A stretch of 64,000 bases of DNA from an uncultured Gammaproteobacteria bacterium. GTDB lineage: Bacteria; Pseudomonadota; Gammaproteobacteria; CAWCPV01. Below the pieces are notes generated by a model that did no database searches, had not been told where the DNA came from, and saw nothing but the letters and a program-made list of their open reading frames with translations. The stretch's first letter is position 1. Each line of letters starts with the position of its first letter. Below, in pieces: positions 1 to 11,418 of this stretch. The stretch is from NCBI GenBank assembly GCA_963797555.1, contig CAWCPV010000014.1, positions 352,001-416,000 of the forward strand, given 5' to 3'. The translations under genes were made by a program, and so were the position numbers.

Positions 1-101
1 GACGTGGCGCTGGTCGATGAGGACTTCAACCTGGGGGGACCGCTCCCCCCCGCGTGAAAGCGTAACGGCACCGTTACGTTTTAGATTATTCGGAGAGCGT
101 C

Positions 102-836
102 ATGACGCCGACCAGCAAAGATATCCCATTGAATGAGCGGATCATCTTCGCTCTCGACGTGGGTACTCGCGAAGAGGCCGAGGTATGGGTCGAGCGCCTC
201 GGAAGCCACGTGCGCTTCTACAAGGTGGGCCTCCAACTGTTCCTGGGTGCCTGGTTTCCGGTCATCGACATGATCACGGATCATGGTCACAAGGTTATGG
301 TCGACCTCAAGTTCTTCGACGTGCCCGAGACGGTGAAACAGGCGGTCGAGCAGTTGAAGGACCGGGGTGTGACCTTCGCCACCGTGCACGGCAACGACCC
401 GATACTGCGCGCCGCGGTCGAGAACAGAGACGGCGTGAAGATTCTAGCCGTGACGGTGCTCACCAGCTTCGACGAGAGCGACATGCGGGAGATGGGATTC
501 ACGAGGACCGTCGAAGAGCTGGTATTGATCCGCGCCAGGAAGGCCCTACGCCTCGGCTGCGACGGCATCGTTTCTTCCGGTCTGGAAGCGCCCCGGCTGC
601 GGCGCGAGTTGGGGCACAACCTCCTCATCGTCACCCCGGGTATCCGCCCCGGCTCGAACATCGAGGAACCCCCGGACGACCAGAGACGCATCGTCACCGC
701 CCAACAAGCTATCCTCAACGGCGCGGACTACGTGGTCGTGGGCCGTCCCATCAAGAACGCGCCGGACCCCATCGCCGTGGTCGAATCCATGCAACGCGAG
801 ATCGAGCGCGGCCTCGCATCACCCCTCGCCACCTGA
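102..836 (+). CDS. pyrF: orotidine 5'-phosphate decarboxylase
   Basis: IIFALD, YKVG, DLKFFDVPETV, AVTVLTS, VTPGIRP and VVVGRPI motifs. Confidence 0.97.
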   Translation: MTPTSKDIPLNERIIFALDVGTREEAEVWVERLGSHVRFYKVGLQLFLGAWFPVIDMITDHGHKVMVDLKFFDVPETVKQAVEQLKDRGVTFATVHGNDPILRAAVENRDGVKILAVTVLTSFDESDMREMGFTRTVEELVLIRARKALRLGCDGIVSSGLEAPRLRRELGHNLLIVTPGIRPGSNIEEPPDDQRRIVTAQQAILNGADYVVVGRPIKNAPDPIAVVESMQREIERGLASPLAT

Positions 837-1190
837 TCTCACGCAACACTCTGGCCCCGTCCGCCCTCAGCCAGCCCAGGCTCCCAGCCCATCCGGTCGC
901 GACGCGCTCGCGCCGCGGATGAAGGCGCTGCTCAATGCACCGGCCTTCGACGGACAGGCCCCCAACGAGGGCAAAACGAAGGCGTTTACCGCGCACCCGG
1001 AACGTTTGATCGGAGCGCGCTCACGAACTGGCACACGCGTAATCGATCGAACCACAAGTGTTTGCACGCGCCGCTCTGACAGGGGTCGACGTTGGTGCTC
1101 GGAGCTTCGACATCGGAGATCGGAGTCCCGAAATCGGGAATCGGAGTTGTGACATCGTAGCTCCTGGCCTTGCGGCTCCTGCCCTCCTGC

Positions 1191-1216
1191 GCGCCCCCAG
1201 CCGGGGGCGCTTTTTT
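1191..1216 (+). terminator. intrinsic terminator-like hairpin
   Basis: GCGCCCCC-AGCC-GGGGGCGC followed by a T6 run. Confidence 0.6.
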
Positions 1217-1439
1217 GGGGCGGCCAGCCCCGCGGAGAAGGCCGGGTCTTGCCGGGACAGAAATGTTATCTGCTCGTGAAGGTGCCGTGAGATCGGGCGG
1301 CCACACTAATGACCATCCACGGGTAACGCCGGCTCGAAAGCCTCCAGTTTCCGTGGGTCGGTTCTCAGGGACGAGGCCGCGCGGAGCGCGGTGGGCGCGG
1401 AGTCCGAACCCCTTTCGAGCAAACTGCAGGAGAGAGTCG

Positions 1440-2087
1440 ATGAAAGACACCAACACGCTTCTGACTTCTGCGATGTCTGGCATGGTCGCTGTCGGCCTGA
1501 TGGGCGCCGGGCAGGCCGCCCACGCCAAACAGGTCACGCTGCCACCCGTGCCCCCCTTTAAGCTGGAGGTGCCGGCTGGGAACACCGCGTTCCTCGTAGG
1601 TCACGCCATCGGCACCCAGAACTACGTCTGCCTGCCCTCGGGCGCTGGCTTCGCTTACGTACTCTTCACGCCCGAGGCCACGCTGTTCGACGACCATGGT
1701 AAGCAAATCATCACCCACTACTTCAGTCCCAACCTCGCCCCGTTTGACCCGTCTGACCTTGACAAGATTCGCGCCACGTGGCAGGCCTCGGACACGAGCA
1801 TCGTCTGGGCCGCGGTGTTGAACCCAGCAGAAGACTCCGCCTCCCACGCCACCGACCCCGACTTCGTCGCGGAGGGTGCCGTAGCCTGGCTCAAGCTTAC
1901 GGCGGTTGGAACCCAAGACGGACCGAGGGGCGGCGACACGCTCTCGGACACCACCTTCGTCGAGCGGCTGAACACCTCTGGAGGGCTCGCACCGGCGGAC
2001 TGTACCTCGCTAGCAGACGTCGGCAAGGAGGCGTTCGTGCCTTACACGGCCGACTACTTCTTCTTCTCGGCCGACGACGGCAAGTAG
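1440..2087 (+). CDS. secreted DUF3455-family protein
   Basis: signal peptide; GTQNYVC, PEATLF, AWLKL, ERLNTSGGLAP and VPYTADYFF motifs; hairpin at 2110-2137 downstream. Confidence 0.8.
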   Translation: MKDTNTLLTSAMSGMVAVGLMGAGQAAHAKQVTLPPVPPFKLEVPAGNTAFLVGHAIGTQNYVCLPSGAGFAYVLFTPEATLFDDHGKQIITHYFSPNLAPFDPSDLDKIRATWQASDTSIVWAAVLNPAEDSASHATDPDFVAEGAVAWLKLTAVGTQDGPRGGDTLSDTTFVERLNTSGGLAPADCTSLADVGKEAFVPYTADYFFFSADDGK

Positions 2088-2157
2088 GACGTTTGCACAG
2101 GGCCGTGAGAGAACCGGACGGCACAACCGTCCGGTTCTCCTTATCAGCCGCTCGTCT

Positions 2158-2577
2158 TCAGTGCAGGGTGGGGCTGACGCAGAAGGGGGAACCGAGGCCG
2201 CGAGGCAGGCCATACGCCGGCCGAAACGACTCCGTCGCGCATGACCCGGGCCAGGGAGAATGGATCGTCATCTCGCCGCGCAGCGCGGGATCTCTCGTCT
2301 CGAACTCAACCACTTCGACAACCTGCTCGTTCGTCACGAGCTTCACGAAGCGGCCGCGGAACGTGTCGGTGTGCACGGTCGTCTTGCCGGTCCCGGTCGG
2401 CGCGTCGTAGGTAAGCGAAATGCGGAACGAGCCGCCTCCGCGGGCGTCGAAGGCATGCACGTGGCTGGCCATACCGGTTGGCACCATCCACGTCGCGACC
2501 GCACGCGCATCGAGAAGCGCGCGGTAGACGATCGTGCGGGGCGCGTTTACACGGCGACTGATGCGGGTCGATCTCAT
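2158..2577 (-). pseudogene. SRPBCC/AHSA1 domain protein, C-terminus disrupted
   Basis: APRTIVYRALLD..WMVP..FDARGGGSFRISL..GEMTI, then loss of the expected C-terminal sequence. Confidence 0.7.
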
Positions 2578-2747
2578 GGCCGAACCTTAGCACGTGCAGC
2601 GACACGAGCAACACACCGATCGGGCGGCCGAATCGTGCCCTGCAACATAAAGTTGACTGACGCTGGCGCGGACACAAAAACACGCAACGCGTGCACGAGG
2701 AGCTATGTGCGGCGCGTTCATGTTGAACAACGGCTTAGCGTGCATGC

Positions 2748-2909
2748 TCAATAAATAGGGGCTGCTCGCATTCGAGACCAGAAGACACGGTTTTCGAGTG
2801 CTGGCGCAAATCTACGGACAATTGCTTGTACTACATCGTGGTAGAAAGTTGGCGCGTACGGGTTCACATAAATCGCGTCGACCGTGGTTTCTGGTGTCTT
2901 GGCTCCGAA
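2748..2909 (-). pseudogene. 3' fragment of a lower-GC hypothetical gene, cut by IS200
   Basis: open frame ...VDAIYVNPYAPTFYHDVVQAIV...* that starts at the IS200 right end. Confidence 0.45.
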
Positions 2910-3338
2910 GTCAATGTCACCACCGGCTACAAGCCGGTGGCTTGAGTTGGGCACTGTAAGTGCCGGTTCCGGCTGAAGCCGGCTGCAAGCCACCCGCCCC
3001 AAGGCGGTTCATTGCGACTCCAAGTCGCCCCCCTCAACTACCTGAAACCGATCTTCGGTCTCGGTATGACCCTCGATGTAAGCCTGGATCATGTCGTCCG
3101 TCACGTTGCCCGTGCTACACGCAAAGTAGCCCCGCGCCCACATCCGCTGACCCCAGTATTGCTTGCGCAGCACCGCAAATTCCCGCTGCAGCGAGCTTGC
3201 TTACCGAGACCTGGGGCGGCACCGATACCAGCATGTGCACATGGTCCCGCGCCACCACCCCCGAGAGGATCTCCACCCCCATGCCCGAGCACATCTGCTT
3301 CACCAACTCGCGCAGCCTCTGCCCAACGTCGCCGCGCA
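2910..3338 (-). mobile_element. tnpA: IS200/IS605 tnpA remnant (3' part and right end)
   Basis: HUH motif DHVHML; shifted frame WARGYFACSTG..IQAYIE; subterminal hairpin CCACCGGCT-ACA-AGCCGGTGG at 2920-2940. Confidence 0.8.
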
Positions 3339-4161
3339 ACAGGTAACGCGAGTAGTAGTCGATGACGGTGACCGCGTACCACCACCCGTGTCCCGGGATG
3401 TGCAGATAAGTGACATCGGCCTGCCACAGCTCGTTCGGCTTGGAGGGCAGCAGCTCGAACAGACGCGCCGCCTGATACAGTGCCGCTTCGCGTACCCGGC
3501 GCTTTTGCAACAGCCCGGCGGCCTTGAACACCCGGTAGACCACCTTGTTGCTCACTGCCAAACCCTGGCGACGCGCGACTACTGCGATACGCTTGTATCC
3601 CCACCACGGGTAGCGTTCGGCCAGGGCTCTTCAGGCACTGGCTTCGGCTTGCGCCCAGGCTTTTTGGGCTCGGTGGCTCGCCCTGCATACCACACCGAGC
3701 GGGCAATGCCCAAGGCTCTCAGCACCCCAGAGAGCCGAGCCACAGGATTCGCCGCGCAGGCCTCCGTGACCATGGTGCGCACCGCCTCGGTCAGCTCGAG
3801 CCGCCCGAGAGTTGTTTTAAAATCCGGTTGGCGATGGTGAGCTCGCCGATGACCTGCTCGCGCTCAGCCAGTGCCGACTTCAACTGCCTCAACTCCTTGG
3901 CCTGCTCCCGGTCGGCACCCCGCCCGGCCAGCGCCTGCCTGCCGGCGCTGAGAAACTCATCACGCCTGCGGTACAGCGTCTGCTCCGAGACCCCGGCACG
4001 CCGTGCGATCTGCGCTGCCGGCTCTTCCTTGCTCAACAGCCGCATTACAAGCTGCGAACGCTCTCCAGCACTCAACGTGGACTTCTTGGCCATCTCCGCT
4101 CCCTCTGCACGACAGTTCAAGTATCACTTCTCTTCGTGTCCAGAGAAATCGGAGCTATACA
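3339..4161 (-). mobile_element. IS3-family remnant: IRL, orfA (3791-4120) and truncated orfB
   Basis: end reads TGTATAGCTCCGATTTCTCTGGACAC; HTH orfA; orfB PNELWQADVTY..VIDYYSRY, truncated and joined to IS200. Confidence 0.85.
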
Positions 4162-4350
4162 CCAGGCCCTGGAGCAGAGGAGTGCGACCCGATGAGCCTC
4201 AAGACCCGAGTGGCGCGCCTTGAGGCGGCAGCAGCCCAGAGCGTTGAGCAGTGGCTGCGTAACCGTTCAGACCCTCCCACCAGTTGATCGATGCGTTAAG
4301 AGCGCGTCCAGCGCAGCAGAGCCGCTCGGCTTGTCGTACACTCCCGGCTC

Positions 4351-5069
4351 ATGGATCAAGAGCCCTCTATTCCGCAGGCGATCACGGCGAGCGGCCGGAG
4401 CTTTACCGAAGAGGAGATCTCCGCCATCGTCCGAATGGTGTCGATGTGCGTGGGCCTGAGTCGTTTTGAGCTGGCGCAGACCATCTGTGAGCTGCTGGGG
4501 TGGAGACGGGACAACGGAGCCCTGAAGTCCCGCGAGTGTCGGGATCTACTGGAGCGGTTGGAAGCTCGGGGGGATCTGGGGCTTCCCGCCAAGCGCACGG
4601 GCAGGCCCAAGGGGCGGCGCACCTGCACTGCGCAGACCGATCGGGGCGAACGCCGCGGCGAGATTGCCGGTGCGCTGCAGGAGGTGGCCCCGGTGGAGCT
4701 TCAGTTAGTGCGCCAGGCCGAGGGACGGGCATTGTGGCGCGAGCTTCTCGCGCGCTATCACTACTTGGGCTATGCCACACCCTTTGGGGCCCAGTTGGTC
4801 TATCTCATCCGCTCCCAGCGCCGGGAGGGGGAGGTGTTGGGCGGGCTCACCTACACCAGCCCGGCCTGGCGCATGCAGGCCCGCGATGCGTGGATCGGCT
4901 GCGCTTTGCCGGGACCTGCTACCGGGCGGCCAACTGGTGCGAGGTGGGCGAGACCAGCGGACGCGGGCGCATGGACCGTGCGCACCAACGCCATGGCAGA
5001 GCGATAAAGCGGGTCTTCCTCTACGCTCTGCACCCGCAGGCCAGAGAGCGCCTGCGCGGTGAGCGCTGA
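4351..5069 (+). pseudogene. DUF4338 (DruA-like) protein with internal deletion and frameshift
   Basis: YHYLGY, GAQLVYLI, AWRMQARDAWIG, then shifted RFAGTCYRAANW..GRGRMDR; middle segment present in 39987-40859 is missing. Confidence 0.85.
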
Positions 5070-5071
5070 AC

Positions 5072-6640
5072 TCAAGCGGGCGCAGGAAGCGGCGGTGCCT
5101 CAAAGCCGCGGCGTCGGTGGGCGAGGACATCTCTGAGATAGCACAGCGGGGAGCTCAATCGCAGCCGAGAAGTCTCGATCACACTGGCGAGCAGCGCCAG
5201 CGCCCGGCTGCCTTGTTCGCTGCGGGTCCCCTGGCTGATGCGACGCAGAATCACCCAGTGACGCAGCGCCCGCTCCGCCACGTTGTTGGTCAGCGGCAGC
5301 TGAGGCTCATCCAACACCCGGAAGATCGCCCCCCAGTCGTTGAGCAGCTCCTTGCCCAGCGCCTGGGCCTTGTCATAAGGGCAGCAGCTCATGCGTTCAC
5401 ACAGGGCCGTGAGCTCGTTGAGCTCGCCCGGGTGGGCTTGCCGCAGGGAGCCGCCCGGTCCCTCGCGGGCGTGATAGACGGCCTGCATCAGCGCATCGAG
5501 CAGGTCATAGACCGCCTGGCCGTAGCCCTGGAGGGTGGGCGAGAGGCAATCCCTCAGGCCCCGGGCCTTGCGAATGAGATGCGCCCAGCAACGCAGGCGC
5601 TTGGCATAGTCCCGATAGACCTGGTACCCATCGCTCATCAGATAGCCGCAGAAGAGATCCTCGATGAGGTTCTGAAACATCTCTTTGGCGCGAGAGCCGA
5701 CCAAGAACAGCGCCGTCGAGGCCGAGATGAACACCCATAACCACAAGGGCTCTCCCCATTGCTTGTGCGGTGTCTCATCGGCATGCATGAGGGCCGCTTC
5801 CAGCAACTGGGTCACCAGCTCATCCTCGACCGGCTCGCAGGCACGGGCGGTCTCCATCACGCATTGGTGGAGGGTGCCGATGCCGAGCGCCAGCCCAAAC
5901 ACCTCGTGCAGGAACTCCCGGACCAGGCGGATGGACAGGCGCATCCGAAACCGCAGCCAGACGATGAAGGCGCACAATCCCGGCCCCACCAGGCGCCACT
6001 CGCCAAGCTCCACCCCTCGCCAGCATCCCAAGTGCTCGGGCGCGCGGTGCGGCGCCTGCCGGGTCTCATGACCACAGTCGCAACGGCTCTGGTAGTATAC
6101 CTGCCGCGTGCAGGTCAGGCGCAGCCCCGGCGCCTGCTCATCGCCAAAGACCAAGTCCAGCCTATCAAAGGCGGTGTAGGGCTTCGCCTGCTCAGGATTG
6201 AGCGCCCCACCACACAGCGCACAACTTCCCGGCCGATGATGGTCCCAATCGGTGACTGTCAGCTTCTGGGCGCGCCCGAATCCCTGGGAGCCAGGCTGCC
6301 GGCCCGCTCGGCGCTGCGTCCCTGAGGTCTTGCCACTCGTGTCCTTTGCGCCCTTCTGGCCGCCAGCCCCGGGGAGGCCATCCTCCTCAGAACGGCTCTT
6401 GGCCTCCTCGTCCTCAGGACCGGCGTCGGCCTCTTCGTCCTCCCGCGCACGCAGCCAGGGGTCTTGACTGCTCGGCGGACGAGAGCTATTGGAGGGACTC
6501 TGATTGAGCCGCTCCCACGCTTCCTTGAGATCCTGCAGCAGGCGGATGCTCAGCGCTGCCAGCGCATCGGGATCCTTCTGCCTCAGCTCCAGAATGCGCT
6601 CCTCGCTGAGCTGACGAAGGTCGTGCTCCTTGAGCACCAT
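5072..6640 (-). CDS. IS66 family transposase
   Basis: NSSRPPS, Cys zinc-finger, ADET, SDGY, RCWAHLIR and TNNVAERALR motifs. Confidence 0.93.
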   Translation of the reverse strand: MVLKEHDLRQLSEERILELRQKDPDALAALSIRLLQDLKEAWERLNQSPSNSSRPPSSQDPWLRAREDEEADAGPEDEEAKSRSEEDGLPGAGGQKGAKDTSGKTSGTQRRAGRQPGSQGFGRAQKLTVTDWDHHRPGSCALCGGALNPEQAKPYTAFDRLDLVFGDEQAPGLRLTCTRQVYYQSRCDCGHETRQAPHRAPEHLGCWRGVELGEWRLVGPGLCAFIVWLRFRMRLSIRLVREFLHEVFGLALGIGTLHQCVMETARACEPVEDELVTQLLEAALMHADETPHKQWGEPLWLWVFISASTALFLVGSRAKEMFQNLIEDLFCGYLMSDGYQVYRDYAKRLRCWAHLIRKARGLRDCLSPTLQGYGQAVYDLLDALMQAVYHAREGPGGSLRQAHPGELNELTALCERMSCCPYDKAQALGKELLNDWGAIFRVLDEPQLPLTNNVAERALRHWVILRRISQGTRSEQGSRALALLASVIETSRLRLSSPLCYLRDVLAHRRRGFEAPPLPAPA

Positions 6641-7031
6641 GATTGTGTGTGACAGTGAGGTCGAGGAACATCCTGCCAAGGGCACCCAACTGTCTCACGC
6701 TGGAACCGTTTTGTCCAGCCCTCCGGGTCAAAATATTCCAGGGGGGTGAACGGTTACGTGGCTGCGGTCACTTAGCGTGGAGGAGTTGGAGCGCCACGTC
6801 GCCGAACTCCACGCACAGATAAGCGATGAGGAATTCGCTGCGGGCATCGAAGAGCTGCGCAGAGGGACAGGGGCGTCCGGTACGCCGCTGAGCGAGGCGT
6901 CCATCGAGCTGCTGGTCCAGAACCGCGCGAAACGGCGTGGGCAGCGATGAGCGGGGATCGCACCCTCGACGGACGGTGCGGTGCCCGTGCTCCTAGGCCG
7001 TTGCGCGGCTGGACCGAAGCGTTATCCCTAG

Positions 7032-7343
7032 ATGAGTCATGCCGAGCGTCAGGCCCGCTAGCGCGCCAGCACTTCTCGCAAACGAGTGGAGCTATACCTG
7101 TCGCCCGAGGTCCTGGAATGGCTCGATGCCACGGCACGGCGGTGCAAGTGTGGGCGCGCCGAGGTGGTCGAGAGCATCCTCTATGGGAGACGGCTTTCGC
7201 CGCTACTGGTAGACATTCGCCGGCACCTATTGGATGCGTATCGAGTGTTGCTCCAGGGCGCCTCCCGCCAACCGTTGTGGCCTATAGCTGTGCACAGTAT
7301 TTTGGACAAGGCCATGCGGGAGCTTGAGAAGTGCGACACGTGA
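7032..7343 (+). pseudogene. ribbon-helix-helix-like DNA-binding protein with internal stop
   Basis: MSHAERQAR*RAST.RKRVELYLSPEVLEWLD..GRAEVVES; paralog at 48587. Confidence 0.5.
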
Positions 7344-7783
7344 CCGGTAGACGAGTGATTTATCCGCTTCTACTGGGCCGGGTCGCAGGGTGATCTGTGC
7401 GGCATGGATTGCGCTCTTGCTCGGTGTGGGTGTTGATCTCCCGCGAAACGCACTATGACAAAGATGGGGTTAAAGTCAAGGGTAGTGAGCACTGCAGACA
7501 CGGCCGTTCAGGATCGAGGGACCCCAATGCGGTGTCACCGCCCCGATGACTGGGACCAGCCTTGGTGCCGCTGAGCTGCTCCGGCGCCGCGGACATGGAC
7601 AACCCATCGCGCCAGCGCACAGCGTTCCCCCTCCAGCCGTCCACAAACGCCGTGGATAGCTGCGTGGACAGCCTTCGGATAGGCAAGCTAAGCATCTGCG
7701 CCCATGAGCATTTCCGAGCGTGGCGAGTCCGTGAGCAGCCGTTACACTGATCGGCACCACCTCATCCCTTCGGAGACACCTCA

Positions 7784-8072
7784 ATGCCTCACCCCGCCAA
7801 CCTCGACGACTTCATACGGTTCGATGCTCAGCTCGAAGCCGCCTTGGAGGATGCCACCAAGGAAGAAGTCGCGGAGTGCGCAAGACTGTTGGCCCTGAAC
7901 CTCGCCCACTACAAGGGCAAGCACGGGGAGATGCCGTTGGAGAGCACAAGCACATGATGGAGACCGAGACCATCGACGAGCCGATGGCCAAGCTCCTGGC
8001 CCACGGGACGCTGGAGATGCTGGTGGGGCTCGCGGAGGTGACGGGCAGGAAGGACGAGGGTCAGAAGTTAAC
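7784..8072 (+). pseudogene. frameshifted hypothetical protein ending at an IS200 insertion
   Basis: RBS GGAG and ATG; coding-like frames MPHPANLDDF... and ...METETIDEPMAKLL. Confidence 0.5.
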
Positions 8073-8505
8073 TCCCTGAGGTAAGCCCCGGCTTTGCCGG
8101 GGGACTCGCCGAGGTTTGACCTATACGACGGTCGTCGTGAATCTCCAATCTCCGCCAAGAGAAGGGGATTCACGATGAAAGAGCACCAGAGTCCGAGCCA
8201 CACGAAGTGCGACTGTAAGTATCATGTGGTATTCATCGCGAAGCGCAGGAAGAAGCAGATCTTCGGGGCGCTGCGCCGCCACCTGGACAGATCTTCCAGG
8301 AGTTGGCGGGCCACAAGGTGCCCACAGTCGGCTTAAGATGAGGCGATGGTGAGGGCCTACATCCGGAACCAAGACCAACAGGACGAGCGCTACGATCATC
8401 TGAGGCTGGGGACGTAGGTCCAGCCGCCTTGGGCGGCTCCCGGTGTTATGGCGCCTTTGAGGCGCTCGCCCAATAAGCCCCCGGCTTCGCCGGGGGTGAG
8501 TTAAC
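8073..8505 (+). mobile_element. internally deleted IS200 (copy 1)
   Basis: terminal hairpins CCCCGGC..GCCGGGG; tnpA start CKYHVVFI and end AYIRNQ; HUH region deleted; preceded by TAAC and ends in TAAC. Confidence 0.9.
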
Positions 8506-8530
8506 TGCCTGGTGACCGCCCGACAGTAAC

Positions 8531-8758
8531 AATCCCCCGGCAAAGCCGGGGGCTTTCCGGTTGCTGGCCCCTCAAGGGGGCCTGATCGCAGTCGAAAAAG
8601 CGTCGTGCTTTTCGTCCGGACTCGCTGCAACCCCCAGCTCGGTCCGAACTTAAAGTCAGAAGCGTACCTCACGAATATGTCGCAGCAACACACTCCCGGA
8701 ACTGTCAAACTCTGACAGTCTCCCCGGCAGAGCCGGGGGTTTTCTCTCGATAAATAAC
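8531..8758. mobile_element. non-coding IS200-type miniature element (PATE-like)
   Basis: hairpins CCCCCGGCAAAGCCGGGGG and CCCCGGCAGAGCCGGGGG at the two ends; TAAC at both borders; no transposase. Confidence 0.65.
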
Positions 8759-9015
8759 AGACCAGCGCGTCGATAGCGCAGGCAGCGCCGCCACCACGGA
8801 CCGCTTAGCCCCTGCTACCATCCTGGTCGGAGGCAACAATGAGGGAGGGCTACCACGTGCGTATTGGACTGCCGCAGAGAAGGTGAGGGGTGAGTATGGG
8901 CGGCAGTCTCGAAGGCGGCGGGTGAGGCCCAGTGAGTGAGACCCGGCGAGTAAGACCCGCCAGGGTGGCGGCTCGGCAAGTGAAATCTAATTTCACCAGC
9001 GAGGTGGTGTGCGCA

Positions 9016-9717
9016 TCAGGTGGGTGGGGCACCGACGATCTCGATCTCGGCGCGGCGGTTCGGCGCCAGGCACTTGATCAGCGCGGCGCGAGGACGAACG
9101 CCTTCGCAGCCCACCACTGGGTTCGCCTCGCCCATGCCGCGGGCGTCGATCTTGCCGGCGGAAATGCCATGGTCCAGGAGGTAGTTCATCACCGCGTAGG
9201 CGCGCCTATCGGACAGCCTCAAGTTGTAGGACTCGCTGCCGAGGCGATCGGTATAGGCGGTGACGTGGATGGCCGCCACGTGCTCGTACCGCCGCATCTT
9301 CTCCACGACCTCGTCCAGCTTCGCCCTGCCCGCGGGCTTGAGCGTGGCGCTGCCGAAGTCGAAGTAGGCGTCGGCTGCGAGCGTGATCTTTTTCAGCCGG
9401 CCCTGTGGGCGCTGGATGTAGGTGGTCGCCCGAGGAGACACGACGACGGTCGCCGGGGGAGCGTAGTAATAGGGATACCACGGGTACCAAAACGGATACC
9501 AGAACGGCCCGAAGCCGAGGTAGATGCTGCCCCCATAGCCCCCCCAGTATCCGCCGTGCCAACCTCCTCCTCCGCCGTGCCAACCTCCTCCGCCATGCCA
9601 ACCACCACCTCCTCCTCCGCCGTGCCAACCTCCTCCACCATGCTGATCAGCTTGCGCCGCAACGAGCGCGCCGACCAACAGGCCCACGGCCGCGATTACC
9701 AGAGTCCATCGTTTCAT
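9016..9717 (-). CDS. OmpA-family protein with Gly-rich GGGGWH repeats
   Basis: signal peptide; FDFGSATLKP, YTDRLGSESYNLRLSDRRA, GMGEANPV and NRRAEI motifs. Confidence 0.9.
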   Translation of the reverse strand: MKRWTLVIAAVGLLVGALVAAQADQHGGGGWHGGGGGGGWHGGGGWHGGGGGWHGGYWGGYGGSIYLGFGPFWYPFWYPWYPYYYAPPATVVVSPRATTYIQRPQGRLKKITLAADAYFDFGSATLKPAGRAKLDEVVEKMRRYEHVAAIHVTAYTDRLGSESYNLRLSDRRAYAVMNYLLDHGISAGKIDARGMGEANPVVGCEGVRPRAALIKCLAPNRRAEIEIVGAPPT

Positions 9718-9829
9718 CCCAGTGTCCTCCGGCCTTAGGATCTCCCAGGCCCCTGTCGCTACCTTCAAGAGGTTAGACCTTCCCCTTGTATGTTCATCTT
9801 GTATGTTTATGGATGGGTTGAGATTTAGA

Positions 9830-10934
<1,105 letters not shown>

Positions 10935-11418
10935 CAGCAAACACGGTTGCTCTCCCGATCTCTCACCCGCCGCCGCGTACAAGCCCCTAGGAGCCCTGAA
11001 CGCCCCCACGGCCTAGCCCCTTCTATTGCTCACCGTCTCAGATGGGCTTGTAGGCCGTCTCAGGCGTTGATCCCAGACATGATCTGAGGAGTACGCCTGG
11101 TGCGCGACGCGTAAATACGACCCCAAGAAACGAAAGCCTATGGGAATACGGGCTCTGCACAGAGGGTAATGGACGTGGCCCCACTCGCCGACCCATTTGT
11201 AAACCTGTGCACTCGACGATACTGCTTGCTCTCCACGGTGATACCCGCAGTGCCCGGCTGGCTCAACAAAGAGGCTTGGAGCGCCGTCATGTAGGTAGCG
11301 CGACCGCGCCGATCAACCGCGGGAATCGGTGCGCCTGGTACCTGGTATGATTGAACAGCGGGGATACAAGCACCCTGTCCCCGGCAACGGAAGATCCGGC
11401 AAGAGGCGGAGAGCCTTG

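Larger units (their letters stand above)
4259..6757 (-). mobile_element. IS66-family element (single-transposase type) with DUF4338 passenger
   Basis: TIRs GTAACCGTTCA / TGAACGGTTAC; 8-bp TSD GTGGCTGC at 4251-4258 and 6758-6765. Confidence 0.95.
4192..6950 (+). pseudogene. small phage/satellite-like ORF split by IS66 (4192-4258 plus 6766-6950)
   Basis: removing the IS and one TSD copy restores MSLKTRVARLEAAAAQSVEQWLRSLSVEELERH...GQR*. Confidence 0.7.

Noticed and set aside
1095-1146. ATCGGAG-like heptamer repeats
   Set aside because: Only about four imperfect units with no spacers; not a CRISPR array.
2640-2745. Degenerate attC-like site between two minus-strand genes; also GGCGTTAGGC at 17109 before a small gene
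   Set aside because: R and L boxes pair poorly, there is no intI and no regular array.
4351-5069. Complete Druantia defence system
   Set aside because: No DruE helicase or other partners; both DUF4338 genes lie inside IS boundaries.
7638-7672. DnaA-box-like cluster
   Set aside because: Matches are imperfect and there is no AT-rich unwinding region.
9540-9640. CCTCCTCCGCC tandem repeats
   Set aside because: Explained by GGGGWH coding repeats in the OmpA protein.
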